The notes beneath the pieces were generated by a model. It saw nothing but the letters and a program-made list of their open reading frames with translations. It made no database searches and was not told the DNA's origin. Both the position numbers and the translations under genes were made by a program. 59,837 nucleotides of DNA from a virus (Duplodnaviria; Caudoviricetes). Location of the stretch: IMG/VR virus record IMGVR_UViG_3300035071_000150, positions 1-59,837 of that record. One strand, given 5' to 3'. Below are positions 47,933 through 58,167 of the stretch, one piece after another (positions within the stretch are counted from its first letter, which is position 1; the number at the start of each line of letters is the position of its first letter).

Positions 47933-48309
47933 GGCGTGGCCTCGCGGGTTGACGCCACCATGATCGACATGCCTTCGACCGCCGCGCGTTCGATTGTTAT
48001 TTTCTGAGCGAATTTGTCGTTCTCAATCACGCCGTGCGCTTGCAAAAGGTCGGAAACCGATTTCTCGACATTGCCCAAATCGATCTTCGACGCTCCCGTA
48101 ACTTTGATCGTCAGCGCGTAGGGGCCTTCAACCATTCCGGGGCGCTGGCTGTTGAGCATGTAGCCGGCCTCCGTGAGCCATGAGAGATATTGCGGACTGC
48201 GAACCATGCTCGCGTGGGCGCCGCGCTTCACGGGCTTCCACAGGTCGTTTACCGACACTGGAGGCGGAAGATTGAGCGCGACGAACTGGCATGAGGAGCG
48301 GCCTAGCAT
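47929..48309 (-). CDS. rusA: RusA-family Holliday junction resolvase
   Basis: PPVSVN.LW; DLGNVEK..SD.L...GVIEND. Confidence 0.85.
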   Translation of the reverse strand: MLGRSSCQFVALNLPPPVSVNDLWKPVKRGAHASMVRSPQYLSWLTEAGYMLNSQRPGMVEGPYALTIKVTGASKIDLGNVEKSVSDLLQAHGVIENDKFAQKITIERAAVEGMSIMVASTREATP

Positions 48310-48313
48310 CGCG

Positions 48314-48610
48314 TCACCGTCCGAACGCGCGAGAGACAGCGGCTTGGCCGAGCGGAGTGTCTTTCAAATCTCCAAGGGCGCCGAGATAGAGGTCGATCAA
48401 CGCTTCCTCTTCCTCGCGCTTGGCCTTATCCTGCTTGCGGATGGCGATGACCTTGCGCATGACCTTCGGGTCATATCCGCTGGACTTTGCCTCGTCGAAA
48501 ACGCTTTTGATATCGTCGGCGAGCGCGGCCTTCTCTTCGGACAATTTCTCGATGCGCTCGATAAACGCTCTTAGCTGGCCGGCTTCGGGAGTATTTGATC
48601 CTCCGCTCAT
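48314..48610 (-). CDS. gapR: GapR (DUF2312) nucleoid-associated protein
   Basis: [14 protein letters not shown]...DIK.VF.EAK..GYD.K.MR.VI..RK. Confidence 0.92.
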   Translation of the reverse strand: MSGGSNTPEAGQLRAFIERIEKLSEEKAALADDIKSVFDEAKSSGYDPKVMRKVIAIRKQDKAKREEEEALIDLYLGALGDLKDTPLGQAAVSRAFGR

Positions 48611-49010
48611 AGATTTGCTCCCGGCTTCACGGGAATCTGCATCACGCGCGTTTGTCCGGGGCAGATCCATTCCTCGGGGTTTTTGCCGTCGATGCACAAC
48701 TGGCGCATATCGTCGAGCGTCCGGGTCGTGATCGGCTTGATCGCGTTGTCTGGCGAGCGGGGAGGATCGATGTAATATGCCGCCGCCATGAGCGCCGAGA
48801 TGATGACCGCGCCAGCGAAATCGACGTGCCACAACTTGAGTTTCATCACCCTCTCCATCATCCCCGGCGCCGCGCGAATTGCGCGAGCATCTGTATCCAC
48901 ATCATCAAGTCGATAAGCTTGCCAGCGGTCCAAGAAACGCCCTTCGCTAGCCAGTTCAAAACAGTCGCCGCGACACGCCAGAAAACGCGCGCCCATCCGC
49001 CCTTGAGCAT
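48607..49010 (-). CDS. Two small membrane proteins (48607-48846, 48858-49010)
   Basis: Hydrophobic/amphipathic helices. Confidence 0.5.
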
Positions 49011-49076
49011 GTTTTTCTTTCTTGCTTTTTGGAGTTGAACGCGGGGGAACCGATGCACGCTTGGAACGCGGGACGC

Positions 49077-49478
49077 TCACAAATTGGCGCGCAATTGATC
49101 GAGGCGCTTGCGCTTCGCGGCTATGTCGGCCTCAAGCGCGGCTTCCTCGCGGGCCTGCACGGCGGCGTCGAGCCAGTCGAAACGATTCGGCATGACGGCG
49201 GCGAGAAATTCCGGGCCATAGGTGGCGATAAGAGCCACCCACGCTTCGCTGTTGGGCGTCGCGGCCCCTTCGAGCCATCGCTTGACTTGATGCAGCCCAC
49301 ACCCGGTTTCCGCCGCGACATTCGCCGCTGTCTTGATCGGGTGGCGCGAGCGTAAAAACTCTTGGACACGACCGCCCAAATCCTTGGACCCATCGACACA
49401 CGACATGCTCGGACTCCCATGCGAATTTCTCGGCATGGGTTGGTCGAGAAGAAAGCCGCTATGCAGAACAGCCGTCAT
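49077..49478 (-). CDS. CII-position HTH regulator
   Basis: FLR..HP.KTA..VAAETG....VKRWL.G...P HTH. Confidence 0.7.
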   Translation of the reverse strand: MTAVLHSGFLLDQPMPRNSHGSPSMSCVDGSKDLGGRVQEFLRSRHPIKTAANVAAETGCGLHQVKRWLEGAATPNSEAWVALIATYGPEFLAAVMPNRFDWLDAAVQAREEAALEADIAAKRKRLDQLRANL

Positions 49479-49834
49479 GTCGTCGCCTTTTCAACCTTTG
49501 AACCGCTTGGCGTGCAGGCCGCGCGGATCGTCGAAACTCTTTCCCGAAAGTCCCCCGAGGCGAAGCGTTGGGACGCCTCAAGCCTCGGGGTAGTCGGAGC
49601 CAGGGAGGAACTGGCCCTCCGCGCGCCAAGGGAAGCGCGCGAAGCTTTGTTGCGCAACGTGCGCGAAACCATCCGCGCCCAAACCACAGAGGCCAATCCG
49701 GGGTCTATGAGCGCGGCGTCTTTGCGCCGTCATTGGCGCGAAGCTGATTGAACTCGTGAACTGGGAGAACGTTTGGCGGGAACCGGCGGCGGTGGGTATC
49801 GAGTCCGTCGCCGGGAACTGTTTGACGCGGGACG

Positions 49835-50089
49835 CTACAAATTCGAAAGACGCACGGCTCCTGGTTCTGGCTTGCTCGTGTTCACAACAATTCCCCAATC
49901 TCTCGCAAGCATGTCGCATTGGCTTGGCGTATAGGCATTCAGGGAACCGTCGTTCATGACCATCACGACGGCGGTGATGCGCCCATGAATTTGGATTTCG
50001 ATATAGGCTGGCCTATGCCAATCGGATCGGCGCATACGACCACCATGCAAAACCGAGAACATCGCGCGCGAGAAATTGTAATCGCTCAT
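49835..50089 (-). CDS. Second DUF2829 / Tad2-like protein
   Basis: F..A......G.RMRR.DW...YTPSQCDMLARDW; GGAGG RBS. Confidence 0.75.
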   Translation of the reverse strand: MSDYNFSRAMFSVLHGGRMRRSDWHRPAYIEIQIHGRITAVVMVMNDGSLNAYTPSQCDMLARDWGIVVNTSKPEPGAVRLSNL

Positions 50090-50219
50090 CTCGCCTCCGA
50101 ATGGTGAAGAAAGAACCCAACCAGCCCCACCACGCACACGACGAGCGCGGCGACGGACTGAATGAAGCGGGATGTGGAGGCGGGGAGGTTGCGGAGATGC
50201 GGGGTCAAATTCAGATCGT

Positions 50220-50459
50220 TCACGCGGCCTCCTGCATCTTCAAACACCAGCGTCTTGTGCGCTCCAGGTCCGCCGCCTTGCCGTCATAGACCGCGTATTG
50301 CTCGCGCGTGAACCGGCGCAGCAGCGGGAGAAATCCCGCGTCGTCATAGGCCCCAGCGCGGGCTTGCGTCTTGCCGAGATCGGCGTCGGGGATGTCGCGG
50401 AGAGCGAGCATCAGTCGATGCGTGAATTGAAGCTGTTCGATGGAAAGGGCGTCGGTCAT
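50220..50459 (-). CDS. Hypothetical protein
   Basis: 79 aa; coupled. Confidence 0.55.
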   Translation of the reverse strand: MTDALSIEQLQFTHRLMLALRDIPDADLGKTQARAGAYDDAGFLPLLRRFTREQYAVYDGKAADLERTRRWCLKMQEAA

Positions 50460-51499
50460 GTCCGCTCTCCGGTCGGGGCGCGCTCGTCATAAGAAAGGTA
50501 AGCTGCATGAGCCAAGTCGGGAGACGAATAGTTGCCCAAGTTTAGCGTCTTGCCTTCGATCATTCGCATGGCGAAAAACGGCTTGGACTTGTAACGAGGG
50601 TTCATTCTAACCCCCATCGGAAGATCGGACTTCTTATGCTTCGCGGTCGAAGAGTTCTCGCGCGCCGTCGCGATGAAAACATTGCCGAGCGCGTAGGGGC
50701 CAACGTCGCCAGTGCGACACATCACGTAACCCTGTCCACGTCCACGGTCCGCGAATTTCCCGGACTGCTCCCAGACTTTCCACCATTCCCAGACCGTCAG
50801 TCGCCACTCTATTCCGCGCCTGACGGCATTGCTTTTTTGTGTGACAAACGCGCGGAGCGGGGTCCGCCATTGCGGCAATCCATTGGCCGCCATCTCCCGC
50901 GAGATCGCCCTAAGCTCTCTGTATTGGTCGACGGTGCAGCCCTTCTCGGCGAGGCATCGCTGCATCTTCGCGGAAAGAGCCTGCGAGCGGCGCACGGCGG
51001 ACGTGAACTTCTGGCCACCGTCCTTGCCGGTCATGTCGCGGAGTTTCAGGAGTTGACGAACGCGCTCGCGGGAGACCCCATACGCGTCGCCAATCTCTTG
51101 CAGCGTCTTCCCGCTTCGATAGAGAGCGGCCATCGCGACCACGCGCGCGCTATCAGCGGCCCGAGGTCGTCCATCTCGGAAACGACAGCGCCTAACGAAT
51201 TTTATCCCGTTCGCCTTAGCGTGTCTGTAGAGCGTGCCAATATGGATTCCGACTTGCCTCGCAGCCTCTTGCGGGGTCAGCCTATCCTTCGCGGCCTGCG
51301 TCAGCGCGTCCAGCATGGAATTACTGCATTCCGCCTTGTCTTCAACCGGAAACACAAGACCGTTCTTCCTCGCGAGGGCGCGAACATAAGCGATGCAAAT
51401 ATTTGCTTCCGCTGCTATTTCTTTGATGGACAACCCGCGTTCAACGCCATGCTTGACGATGGAGAGGGTTCTGATCGATCTAGGCTGAATCCCGGTCAT
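50456..51499 (-). CDS. Multi-HTH protein with His-Me endonuclease-like and AP2-like C-terminus
   Basis: TLQEIG..YGVSRERVRQ; RRGIEW.LT..EW...W; MCRTGDVGPY..GNV...EN; LPMGV. Confidence 0.7.
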   Translation of the reverse strand: MTGIQPRSIRTLSIVKHGVERGLSIKEIAAEANICIAYVRALARKNGLVFPVEDKAECSNSMLDALTQAAKDRLTPQEAARQVGIHIGTLYRHAKANGIKFVRRCRFRDGRPRAADSARVVAMAALYRSGKTLQEIGDAYGVSRERVRQLLKLRDMTGKDGGQKFTSAVRRSQALSAKMQRCLAEKGCTVDQYRELRAISREMAANGLPQWRTPLRAFVTQKSNAVRRGIEWRLTVWEWWKVWEQSGKFADRGRGQGYVMCRTGDVGPYALGNVFIATARENSSTAKHKKSDLPMGVRMNPRYKSKPFFAMRMIEGKTLNLGNYSSPDLAHAAYLSYDERAPTGERT

Positions 51500-51789
51500 C
51501 GCGCGACCCTCTCTATCGTTTGTCCTTTAGGGACTTCGACGAGAGCCGGCGCTTGCGGCGCTTCGATTTCCCCCGCGCCGCGAAAGGGCGCGGCGTGAAG
51601 CCGCAGCAGTTCGTCAGAGGTAAGACCGATCTCCCGACCGCGAGGGCTCGCAATCAGCGCTGGCCAATGAGCGACAGGAACCGACTTGCGCCGCTTCATT
51701 TCGGAGGCCGTGGAATAGTTACAGCCGATCGCCGCCGCTACGCCGCCAATTCCACCGAACTTCTCGAAGAGGTCGCTTACATTGTTCAT
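51496..51789 (-). CDS. cro: Cro-like repressor
   Basis: FGG...VAAAIG...TASEMKRR.SVP..HW; divergent from cI. Confidence 0.8.
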   Translation of the reverse strand: MNNVSDLFEKFGGIGGVAAAIGCNYSTASEMKRRKSVPVAHWPALIASPRGREIGLTSDELLRLHAAPFRGAGEIEAPQAPALVEVPKGQTIERVAR

Positions 51790-51836
51790 GCCCCTTTTTA
51801 CATCCGACGTGTTGGGCATGTCAACATTATTTATGT
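51779..51836. promoter_or_regulatory. OR operator cluster and pR
   Basis: ACAT-N5-RTG(T/C) at 51779, 51800 and 51824; minus-strand TTGACA at 51819-51824. Confidence 0.65.
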
Positions 51837-51860
51837 AAAAAGTTCAGGCATGACATTCTC

Positions 51861-52577
51861 ATGAGCCAGACAATGAACGACCGCCTTAAAGAAGCCCGCG
51901 AAGAGTTCGGCCATAAGTCCGCTAGCGACGCGATACGCGCCCATGGCTGGGTCGGGTCGACCTACCGGGCGCATGAAAATAAGCAGAACAAATTTGATGT
52001 CGCGACGGCTGAGGCGTATGGGCGCGCATATAAGGTGAATGCGGCGTGGTTATTGACAGGCGAGGGCGAAAAATACATGATTGCTCATCCGAACATGCCG
52101 GGAAAGTTATTGCATGGCAGCAATTTACGCCTACCGCACATCCCAATTTTAGGCCGCGTCGCAGCGGCGTCCTGGACGGAAATTATGCAGTCGCAAGCAG
52201 TCGCCAGCGCACCGGCGTCAAGCCCGTTCCCGCCTGATCCCCGTTACCCTTTAGATGCACAATTCGACATGATCGTTGACGGGACCTCGATCAATCGGTT
52301 CGCGCAGCCGGGCGAGGCGTTGCGGTGCATCAACATCGTAAGATCAGGGGTCTTCGTTAATGACGGCGACTTGGTGATCGTCGAGCGCACGCGCGCCGGC
52401 ATTCTCCGCGAGACCTCCGCCAAGCGGTTAAGGCGGAAGGGGCGTACGGTTGAGCTTTGGCCAGATTCCGACGATCCGCTTTGGCAAGAGCCCATTATTG
52501 TGAATAGCGACGGCCTTTCTGGCTCTGACGAGGTGGCCATAATCGCGAAGGTTCTCTGGAAATATCGGGAAGCCTAA
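51861..52577 (+). CDS. cI: CI-like repressor (XRE HTH plus S24 peptidase)
   Basis: RLKEAR...TYRAHE...WLLTGEG; V.GTSIN (Ser) and SAKRL (Lys). Confidence 0.9.
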   Translation: MSQTMNDRLKEAREEFGHKSASDAIRAHGWVGSTYRAHENKQNKFDVATAEAYGRAYKVNAAWLLTGEGEKYMIAHPNMPGKLLHGSNLRLPHIPILGRVAAASWTEIMQSQAVASAPASSPFPPDPRYPLDAQFDMIVDGTSINRFAQPGEALRCINIVRSGVFVNDGDLVIVERTRAGILRETSAKRLRRKGRTVELWPDSDDPLWQEPIIVNSDGLSGSDEVAIIAKVLWKYREA

Positions 52578-52595
52578 AAAATTTCGACATAAATT

Positions 52596-52636
52596 ACATT
52601 ATATGTGTTGACCTCCAACATGCTCCATGTAATAAC
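52596..52636 (+). promoter_or_regulatory. OL operators and pL
   Basis: ACAT-N5-RTGT at 52596 and 52618 flanking TTGACC (52608-52613); TAATAA at ~52630. Confidence 0.65.
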
Positions 52637-52669
52637 GGTTCCATCGCAGCCCGCCGATGGGAGCCCGCC

Positions 52670-53014
52670 ATGACCAGCCAAGCCGACAACCGCACCTCCC
52701 TGCAAAAGAGCATCGACGATCAAATCGCCGCGCTTGTCGTTCTTCGCAAGCACGACGCGGCGCTGCCGCTCGCCTCGCACGCCGAGAACCCGGCGCTGCA
52801 TTTTGAACGCCTCGCGGACTTCGCGAAGAAGGCCGGCGCGATTTCCGACCCCGTGTTGCTGACCGTCGCCTATGAGGCCGGGTTCGTCGGCCATGACCTG
52901 GACCGCGATATCCGCGCGCACTCGCATCTGGCGAGCGATTCCGACGCGCTGTGCGATTTCATTTACGAGCTTGAGCAACGCGCGGAACGCCGCCGCGACC
53001 AGCGCGCCGCCTAA
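52670..53014 (+). CDS. Hypothetical early protein
   Basis: First ORF after pL; GGAG RBS. Confidence 0.65.
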   Translation: MTSQADNRTSLQKSIDDQIAALVVLRKHDAALPLASHAENPALHFERLADFAKKAGAISDPVLLTVAYEAGFVGHDLDRDIRAHSHLASDSDALCDFIYELEQRAERRRDQRAA

Positions 53015-53015
53015 C

Positions 53016-53526
53016 CCCGCGCGGCTCACGGGCAGATTTGATCCACAATAGAGGAAACCGAGATGGGTTGCGACATTCACTTAGTTCTCGAGAAGCGCAT
53101 TGAAGAGGGCCGTTGGGTCGCCGTCGATACGTTCAACGGACACCATCCCGCCCACCGCGAAAAAGGGCGTTCCATTAACTGGTCCTCTCCGGCGGCGCGC
53201 TCGCGCAACTATCGGCGCTTCGCCAAGCTGGCTGGCGTGCGTGGGGATGGCCCGGCGCCTCGCGGTCTTCCCGATGATCTATCGCAAACCGCGCGCTTCC
53301 TGTCGGACGACTACGGCGTAGACGGCCATTCGCATAGCTGGCTCGCGATTTCGGATGCGATCCCAATCTTCGACGAGACGGAATACTGGCTCGATTCCGA
53401 GACACCGGACACGTTCGCCCGCAAATTTCCGGCGGACTTCTTCTTCGGGATCGAGAGCGAACACATCGACAGCTATCGCCTCGTGTTCTGGTTCGACAAC
53501 TAAACCCACCCGCGCGGCTCACGGGC
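53016..53526 (+). repeat. 18-bp direct repeat flanking one gene
   Basis: CCCGCGCGGCTCACGGGC at 53016-53033 and 53509-53526. Confidence 0.8.
53063..53503 (+). CDS. Conserved-looking phage protein of unknown function
   Basis: MGCDIH...RNY..FA.LAGVR...PRGLP.D..HSHSWL...RLVFWFDN. Confidence 0.8.
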   Translation: MGCDIHLVLEKRIEEGRWVAVDTFNGHHPAHREKGRSINWSSPAARSRNYRRFAKLAGVRGDGPAPRGLPDDLSQTARFLSDDYGVDGHSHSWLAISDAIPIFDETEYWLDSETPDTFARKFPADFFFGIESEHIDSYRLVFWFDN

Positions 53527-53553
53527 CGCGCCAGTCCAACAAGGAACGACGAT

Positions 53554-56257
53554 ATGCCATCCATCGTCACTGGAAAACTTCCGGCCAAACTCGGCAATGA
53601 AATATCCGACGCAATACGCCGAGCTTTGGAAGCGGGGATGCAAACCGACGAAGCAGTCTGTGTCGTTGTATCTGTCGCCGCCGACTATGCGCGCGCTGAA
53701 TACGGTAACGGTTACTTGCGGGATTTAGCAGGTGTCGTCACCGGGCGATCTGCGCAGCCTCTTCCTTCAAACTAACGGAACCCCCGCCATGCACCCCCAG
53801 CGATATGATCGCGCCGCGATATGCCGCCGCGCCCGGCGCGAGTTTCAGCAACGGCGCGGGTTCGGTCGTCCGATCTCATGGGCCGAAGCCATGCGCGTGG
53901 CGTGGAGAGTGGCGAAACACATTCGCAATTTGAAACTCGCAGCGTGAGGACGCCATGCAATACGCAATCCAATATTTGATCGAAGACATGTCCGACGCGC
54001 AACTCGGCACGCTCGCCTTCGCGGCGCCGTTTCTCGCGCTCTCGTTTCTTGGCCTTGGCGCCAAGATTTTGGGGGAATGATGAGCGCGAACGAACCTAAA
54101 TGGACACCTGGTCCGTGGACGAACAGCGATGGCCTTGTGAACGGCATCGAAACGCGGGCCGGGTTTGGTCCGTCCAACAGAACGAGCTTGGATATTTTCG
54201 ATGCGGCGGAATGGCCTCTCTCATTAGATCAAGAGGCGCAAGCGAACGCGCATCTAATCGCCGCCGCGCCGGAACTTTACGAGGCGCTTGAGTTGGCCAT
54301 TTTCTGCATGGTCGCGAACGAAAAGATCAAGAACCCTGAATGGGACGAAAGGGCGACGCCGACGAGCGCAATCGGAAAGGCTCGCGCCATTCTTGCCAAA
54401 GCCAGAGGCGAACAAGCCGCGGCGTCGACCGTCTTCGACGAGATGATCGAGAACCCGCCATTCAATCCTACCGAGCACGAGCAGACGAAATAGGAGCGGG
54501 TGACGCCCCGCATCACCAGCGAGCGCGAGAAGATCGCGGCTTAACCACATGCAACAGGAGTGAGAGATGGCGACGGTAAGCACCCGGTTTTACGAGTTCG
54601 ATCAGAACAACTCTGGGGGCTCGTTTGTGTTCGACGACTCGCGCGGCTTAGGCCCTGGAGTTTGGATCGAGGCGTTGGATAGCGATCATGCCAACACGCG
54701 CGCCGAGAGCATCGGGATCTATTTCGATGGAGTGCTAAGTGGTCAGGATTGCGGATGCTGCGGCGACCGTTGGGATCCGGCGCATGGGGGCGGCATCGAA
54801 GAGCCGATGATCGACGGCCCCTACACATTCATGTGGACCGATACGGTTTACGTCCACCGGATTGACGGGACGGTTGAGCGCGTGAAGAAGCCCGACGCCT
54901 AACCCCTCCGCTCCCCCAAGCGCCGCCCCGCGCGGCGTTTCAGAGAGTCGAGACGCAATGGAGAGAACCGTGTTTTCCAACCCCAATATCTTCGATGGCG
55001 TCGAGCCCAACGGACGCCTCACGCGCGGCACGGTCGCGGCGATGGTGGCCGCGATACCGCCCGGCACGCCATTGACCCGCGAGGCGGTGTCGGAAGCGCT
55101 GCGGCGGGACAGCTATTACCAAGTTCTGATCGACGCGCGGATTGATGAAGTCATGGCGCTGATCGCGGAGAAGACGGCGCATGTCGCGCACATGCGGAGG
55201 GCGGTGGGATGACGAAGATTCCTGAGGCGATGATCGAGCGCGCGGCGATAACCGAAACCGAACGCGAACTGGCGCGACACGCCCTCGGTTTGAAGGATGG
55301 GCGCAAGCAGTCCTATCGCAACCGTTATGTCGTCGACGCCGGGGAAGACCACGCGGCGTGGTGCGGTTTAGTCGAAAGGGGGTTGGCGCGCCGACGCGCC
55401 GGCAATCAGATAACCGGCGGGATGGATTGCTTCTGGCTCACGCGCGCCGGCGCCGAATCCGCCCTTAACCCCGGCGAGAAATTAGACCCGGAGGATTTCC
55501 CATGATCGCCTTCGTTCTCGCTCACCCGTGGCTATCCATCGGCGTCTGGCTCGTCTCGATGGGCGTGGCGTATCTGTTTGTGTTCGGCGCGTCGAAGGAC
55601 AGCGGGAGGGACGGGGAATGACGACGTTCTACGAGTTCGCTAGCAGCAGCCCATTTCTGACATTCTTTCTAGCTGTCGGAATTGTTGAACTAATCAAATA
55701 CTTCGCTCGCGCAATCCTCCGCGGCGTTCTAGTGAGCGTTCGGGGATGGCCTCCCGCGCATCTGGACGCTGACGGTGATTGGAAGCCAGAGCCGAAGAAA
55801 GACGACGAATGACCAGCAAACAATCCATACCGCCAGACCGCGCCACGCACGCCGCCTATGTCGACGCTGGGATGGCCCCGCTCGACGGCTATATCGACCG
55901 ATGGGAAAAGCCGCGACCCAAAAATATCAAGATAGACCCGCCGCTTGAAGCCATCAAGGCGATTTGCACGTTCGGGCGGATCGTCGAGGGAATCGGGCTC
56001 GTGCTGTGCGCTCCGGGTCTCGTGTTGATGATCGCCGGCATGTGGATTGGGATGGGCGGCGGCGCGCTGTGGAACCGAGCGAAGGGGAGAGCGAAGTGAG
56101 CCTAATGACTGATCTTCTCAATGACGCCAAGGTCTATCGCGGACGGGCTCACAAGCTCATGCGGCAAGGGTATGTCGCTAACGCCAAGTCTTATCTTAGA
56201 TCGGCACTGTATTGCGTCACTCAGGCGAAGCGTTTGCTAGGAAGGACGAACAAATGA
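53554..56257 (+). CDS. Early-operon small ORFs (53554-53775, 53789-53947, 54077-54493, 54567-54902, 54958-55212, 55209-55505, 55618-55812, 55809-56099, 56096-56257)
   Basis: Co-oriented with RBSs or overlaps; TPGPW...ANAHLIAAAPEL and QNNSGG...DCGCCGDRW phage motifs. Confidence 0.65.
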
Positions 56258-56775
56258 CCACGATGCTCGAAGCCGCTGTCGCGACGCACCTAGCACTTCG
56301 CGAACAATTGAAGGCGGAATATGCGCTTGACGACGACGATCAAGCGCTGATCGACACGCTTGATGGAATCTCCGATCTCAAGGAACTAATTTCCTATGCC
56401 GCCCGTCAGGCGCGTTACGAGGAAGCGCAATGCGAGGCGTGTAAGTCGCTTATTGCCGCGATGCAGGAGCGGATGCGGCGCCGAGGAGAGAAGGCCGAGA
56501 AGTTGCGGGCAGCGATCATCGCGGCGATGGAATCCGCTAGCGAGCGCAAAGTCGATGCTCCAGATTGCACGATCAGCATTAGCGCCGGTAAAGCCAAGGT
56601 GGTTGTCGTTAGAGAAGCCTCGGAATCCTGCCCGAAGCGCTACGTGCGCGTGAAGCAGACCTATTCATGGGACCGCGACGCACTGGCGATCGGTCTCGAT
56701 CAATTCGACCAAGACGCCATGGCGCTTGCTCATTGGTCTAACCCGGAGCCCGTCCTAACCTTGCGAGGCAAATAG
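56254..56775 (+). CDS. Siphovirus Gp157-like protein
   Basis: D..ALIDTLDG, long coiled coil, TISI..V; precedes the SSAP. Confidence 0.75.
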   Translation: MTTMLEAAVATHLALREQLKAEYALDDDDQALIDTLDGISDLKELISYAARQARYEEAQCEACKSLIAAMQERMRRRGEKAEKLRAAIIAAMESASERKVDAPDCTISISAGKAKVVVVREASESCPKRYVRVKQTYSWDRDALAIGLDQFDQDAMALAHWSNPEPVLTLRGK

Positions 56776-56777
56776 CC

Positions 56778-57479
56778 ATGACGGACCATCTGGAACTTTG
56801 GCGCTCGGTCGAGAAAACCGACCCCGCGCATGTCAAGGAAATCACCGGCAAGCAATACAAGGGAAACTCCCCGAAGCCTCATTACATCATCATGAAGGCG
56901 ACGGAGACGTTCGGCCCGTGCGGCATCGGATGGGGCTTCACCATAGAAGAGCGCGTCGAAGATGGCGCCATGATCGTCCCTGGATTTCACGAGCGCATGA
57001 GCATCGCTAAGGTGAAGGTCTGGTATAAATGGAACGGCGAGCGCGGCGAGGTCGAGCATATCGGCGGCACGCCATTTTCTGGACAGCGCAGCAACGGCAA
57101 GCCGTTCACTGACGAAGACGCCGTGAAGAAATCCGTTACCGACGCGCTGGTGAAGGCGCTCTCAATGCTCGGGTTCGCTGGCGATATTTTCATGGGCCGT
57201 TACGACGACTCGAAATACGTCAATGAACTGCGGATCGAAGAGCGCGAGAAAGAGCGCGAGGCGAAGCGCGCCGACGATCCCGCCATCGCCTATGTCTGCA
57301 AGGCCAAGAGCGACATTCAATGCTACGCGACGCCCGGAGAATTGAAGGCTTATTGGGAAGCCGAAACCAAGGAGCGCGAGCGGCAGGGCGTCGTCAAAGG
57401 GACGAAGGCATACGAAGAACTTTGGGATTTGTTCTGTGCCACGGGCAAGAGACTGGCAAGCAGGAAAGAGGCGGCGTGA
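56778..57479 (+). CDS. Rad52/Sak-like single-strand annealing protein
   Basis: TE.FGP.GIGWG...DEDA.KKS.TDAL.KALS.LGF..DIFMG. Confidence 0.82.
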   Translation: MTDHLELWRSVEKTDPAHVKEITGKQYKGNSPKPHYIIMKATETFGPCGIGWGFTIEERVEDGAMIVPGFHERMSIAKVKVWYKWNGERGEVEHIGGTPFSGQRSNGKPFTDEDAVKKSVTDALVKALSMLGFAGDIFMGRYDDSKYVNELRIEEREKEREAKRADDPAIAYVCKAKSDIQCYATPGELKAYWEAETKERERQGVVKGTKAYEELWDLFCATGKRLASRKEAA

Positions 57480-57697
57480 TGGCTTTCGAGATTCGTGAAA
57501 ATAGTGGTTCCCTGTTCAAGAACGACAAGAAGGAAAAGCCGTCGCATCCCAATGCGCGAGGGCGAGCCAAGATCGGCGGAGTTGAGTATTTCGTGGATGC
57601 GTGGACCAAGGAAGACAAGAACGGGAACAAGTTCCAGTCGCTCGCTTTCAAGCCTGTCGAGGCGAAGCGTGATCAAGCAGAGGATAATCCGTTTTGA
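57479..57697 (+). CDS. Small phage ssDNA-binding protein
   Basis: NSGSLFKN..K....P..G...GVEY...W; acidic ..PF C-terminus. Confidence 0.7.
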   Translation: MAFEIRENSGSLFKNDKKEKPSHPNARGRAKIGGVEYFVDAWTKEDKNGNKFQSLAFKPVEAKRDQAEDNPF

Positions 57698-58167
57698 GCA
57701 AGCCGGCCGCCATTCAAGCCGCGTTCGCGGACTTCAAACTCGTTCGCGGGCGAAAGGTCGCGCAACTCGTCTTCGAAGTTCCGATAGAGCAAGCCGACGC
57801 GGCGCTGGCGGCGTTGGGCGGTCTGCCAAGTTCGATTGACGAGCGATGGTGCGGGATAGCGCGCCTTGATCTTTCCAAGGCGAGCGCGCCAGCATCAAAC
57901 ATCGCCATTCCGAAAGAAAAGCGCCGTTTTGCTGAACTGCCGATAGCAACACAAGCCGCGCTGCTATGCGGACGTGAAGCGTTTTGGCGATTCATGCGGG
58001 AAGTGATGGACTACCAATCCGCGCGCGACGAAGCTTCCACAGCGAGCGCGCTTCGGACTTGGTGCGGTGTTTCTTCGCGATCTGATTTAGCAAATAATTC
58101 TGAGGCGGCGGCTGTGTTCGTTGAATTAAGCCTCCAGTTCGAGGCTTGGCTTGCGGAGCCGATATGA
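57694..58167 (+). CDS. Hypothetical protein
   Basis: 157 aa; LR.WCGVSSRS.L motif. Confidence 0.65.
   Translation: MSKPAAIQAAFADFKLVRGRKVAQLVFEVPIEQADAALAALGGLPSSIDERWCGIARLDLSKASAPASNIAIPKEKRRFAELPIATQAALLCGREAFWRFMREVMDYQSARDEASTASALRTWCGVSSRSDLANNSEAAAVFVELSLQFEAWLAEPI

Noticed and set aside
49480-49830. Hairpins upstream of the CII-like gene as an ncRNA
   Set aside because: Stems exist (CCCCGAGGC/GCCTCGGGG), but high GC and overlapping short ORFs leave too little support.
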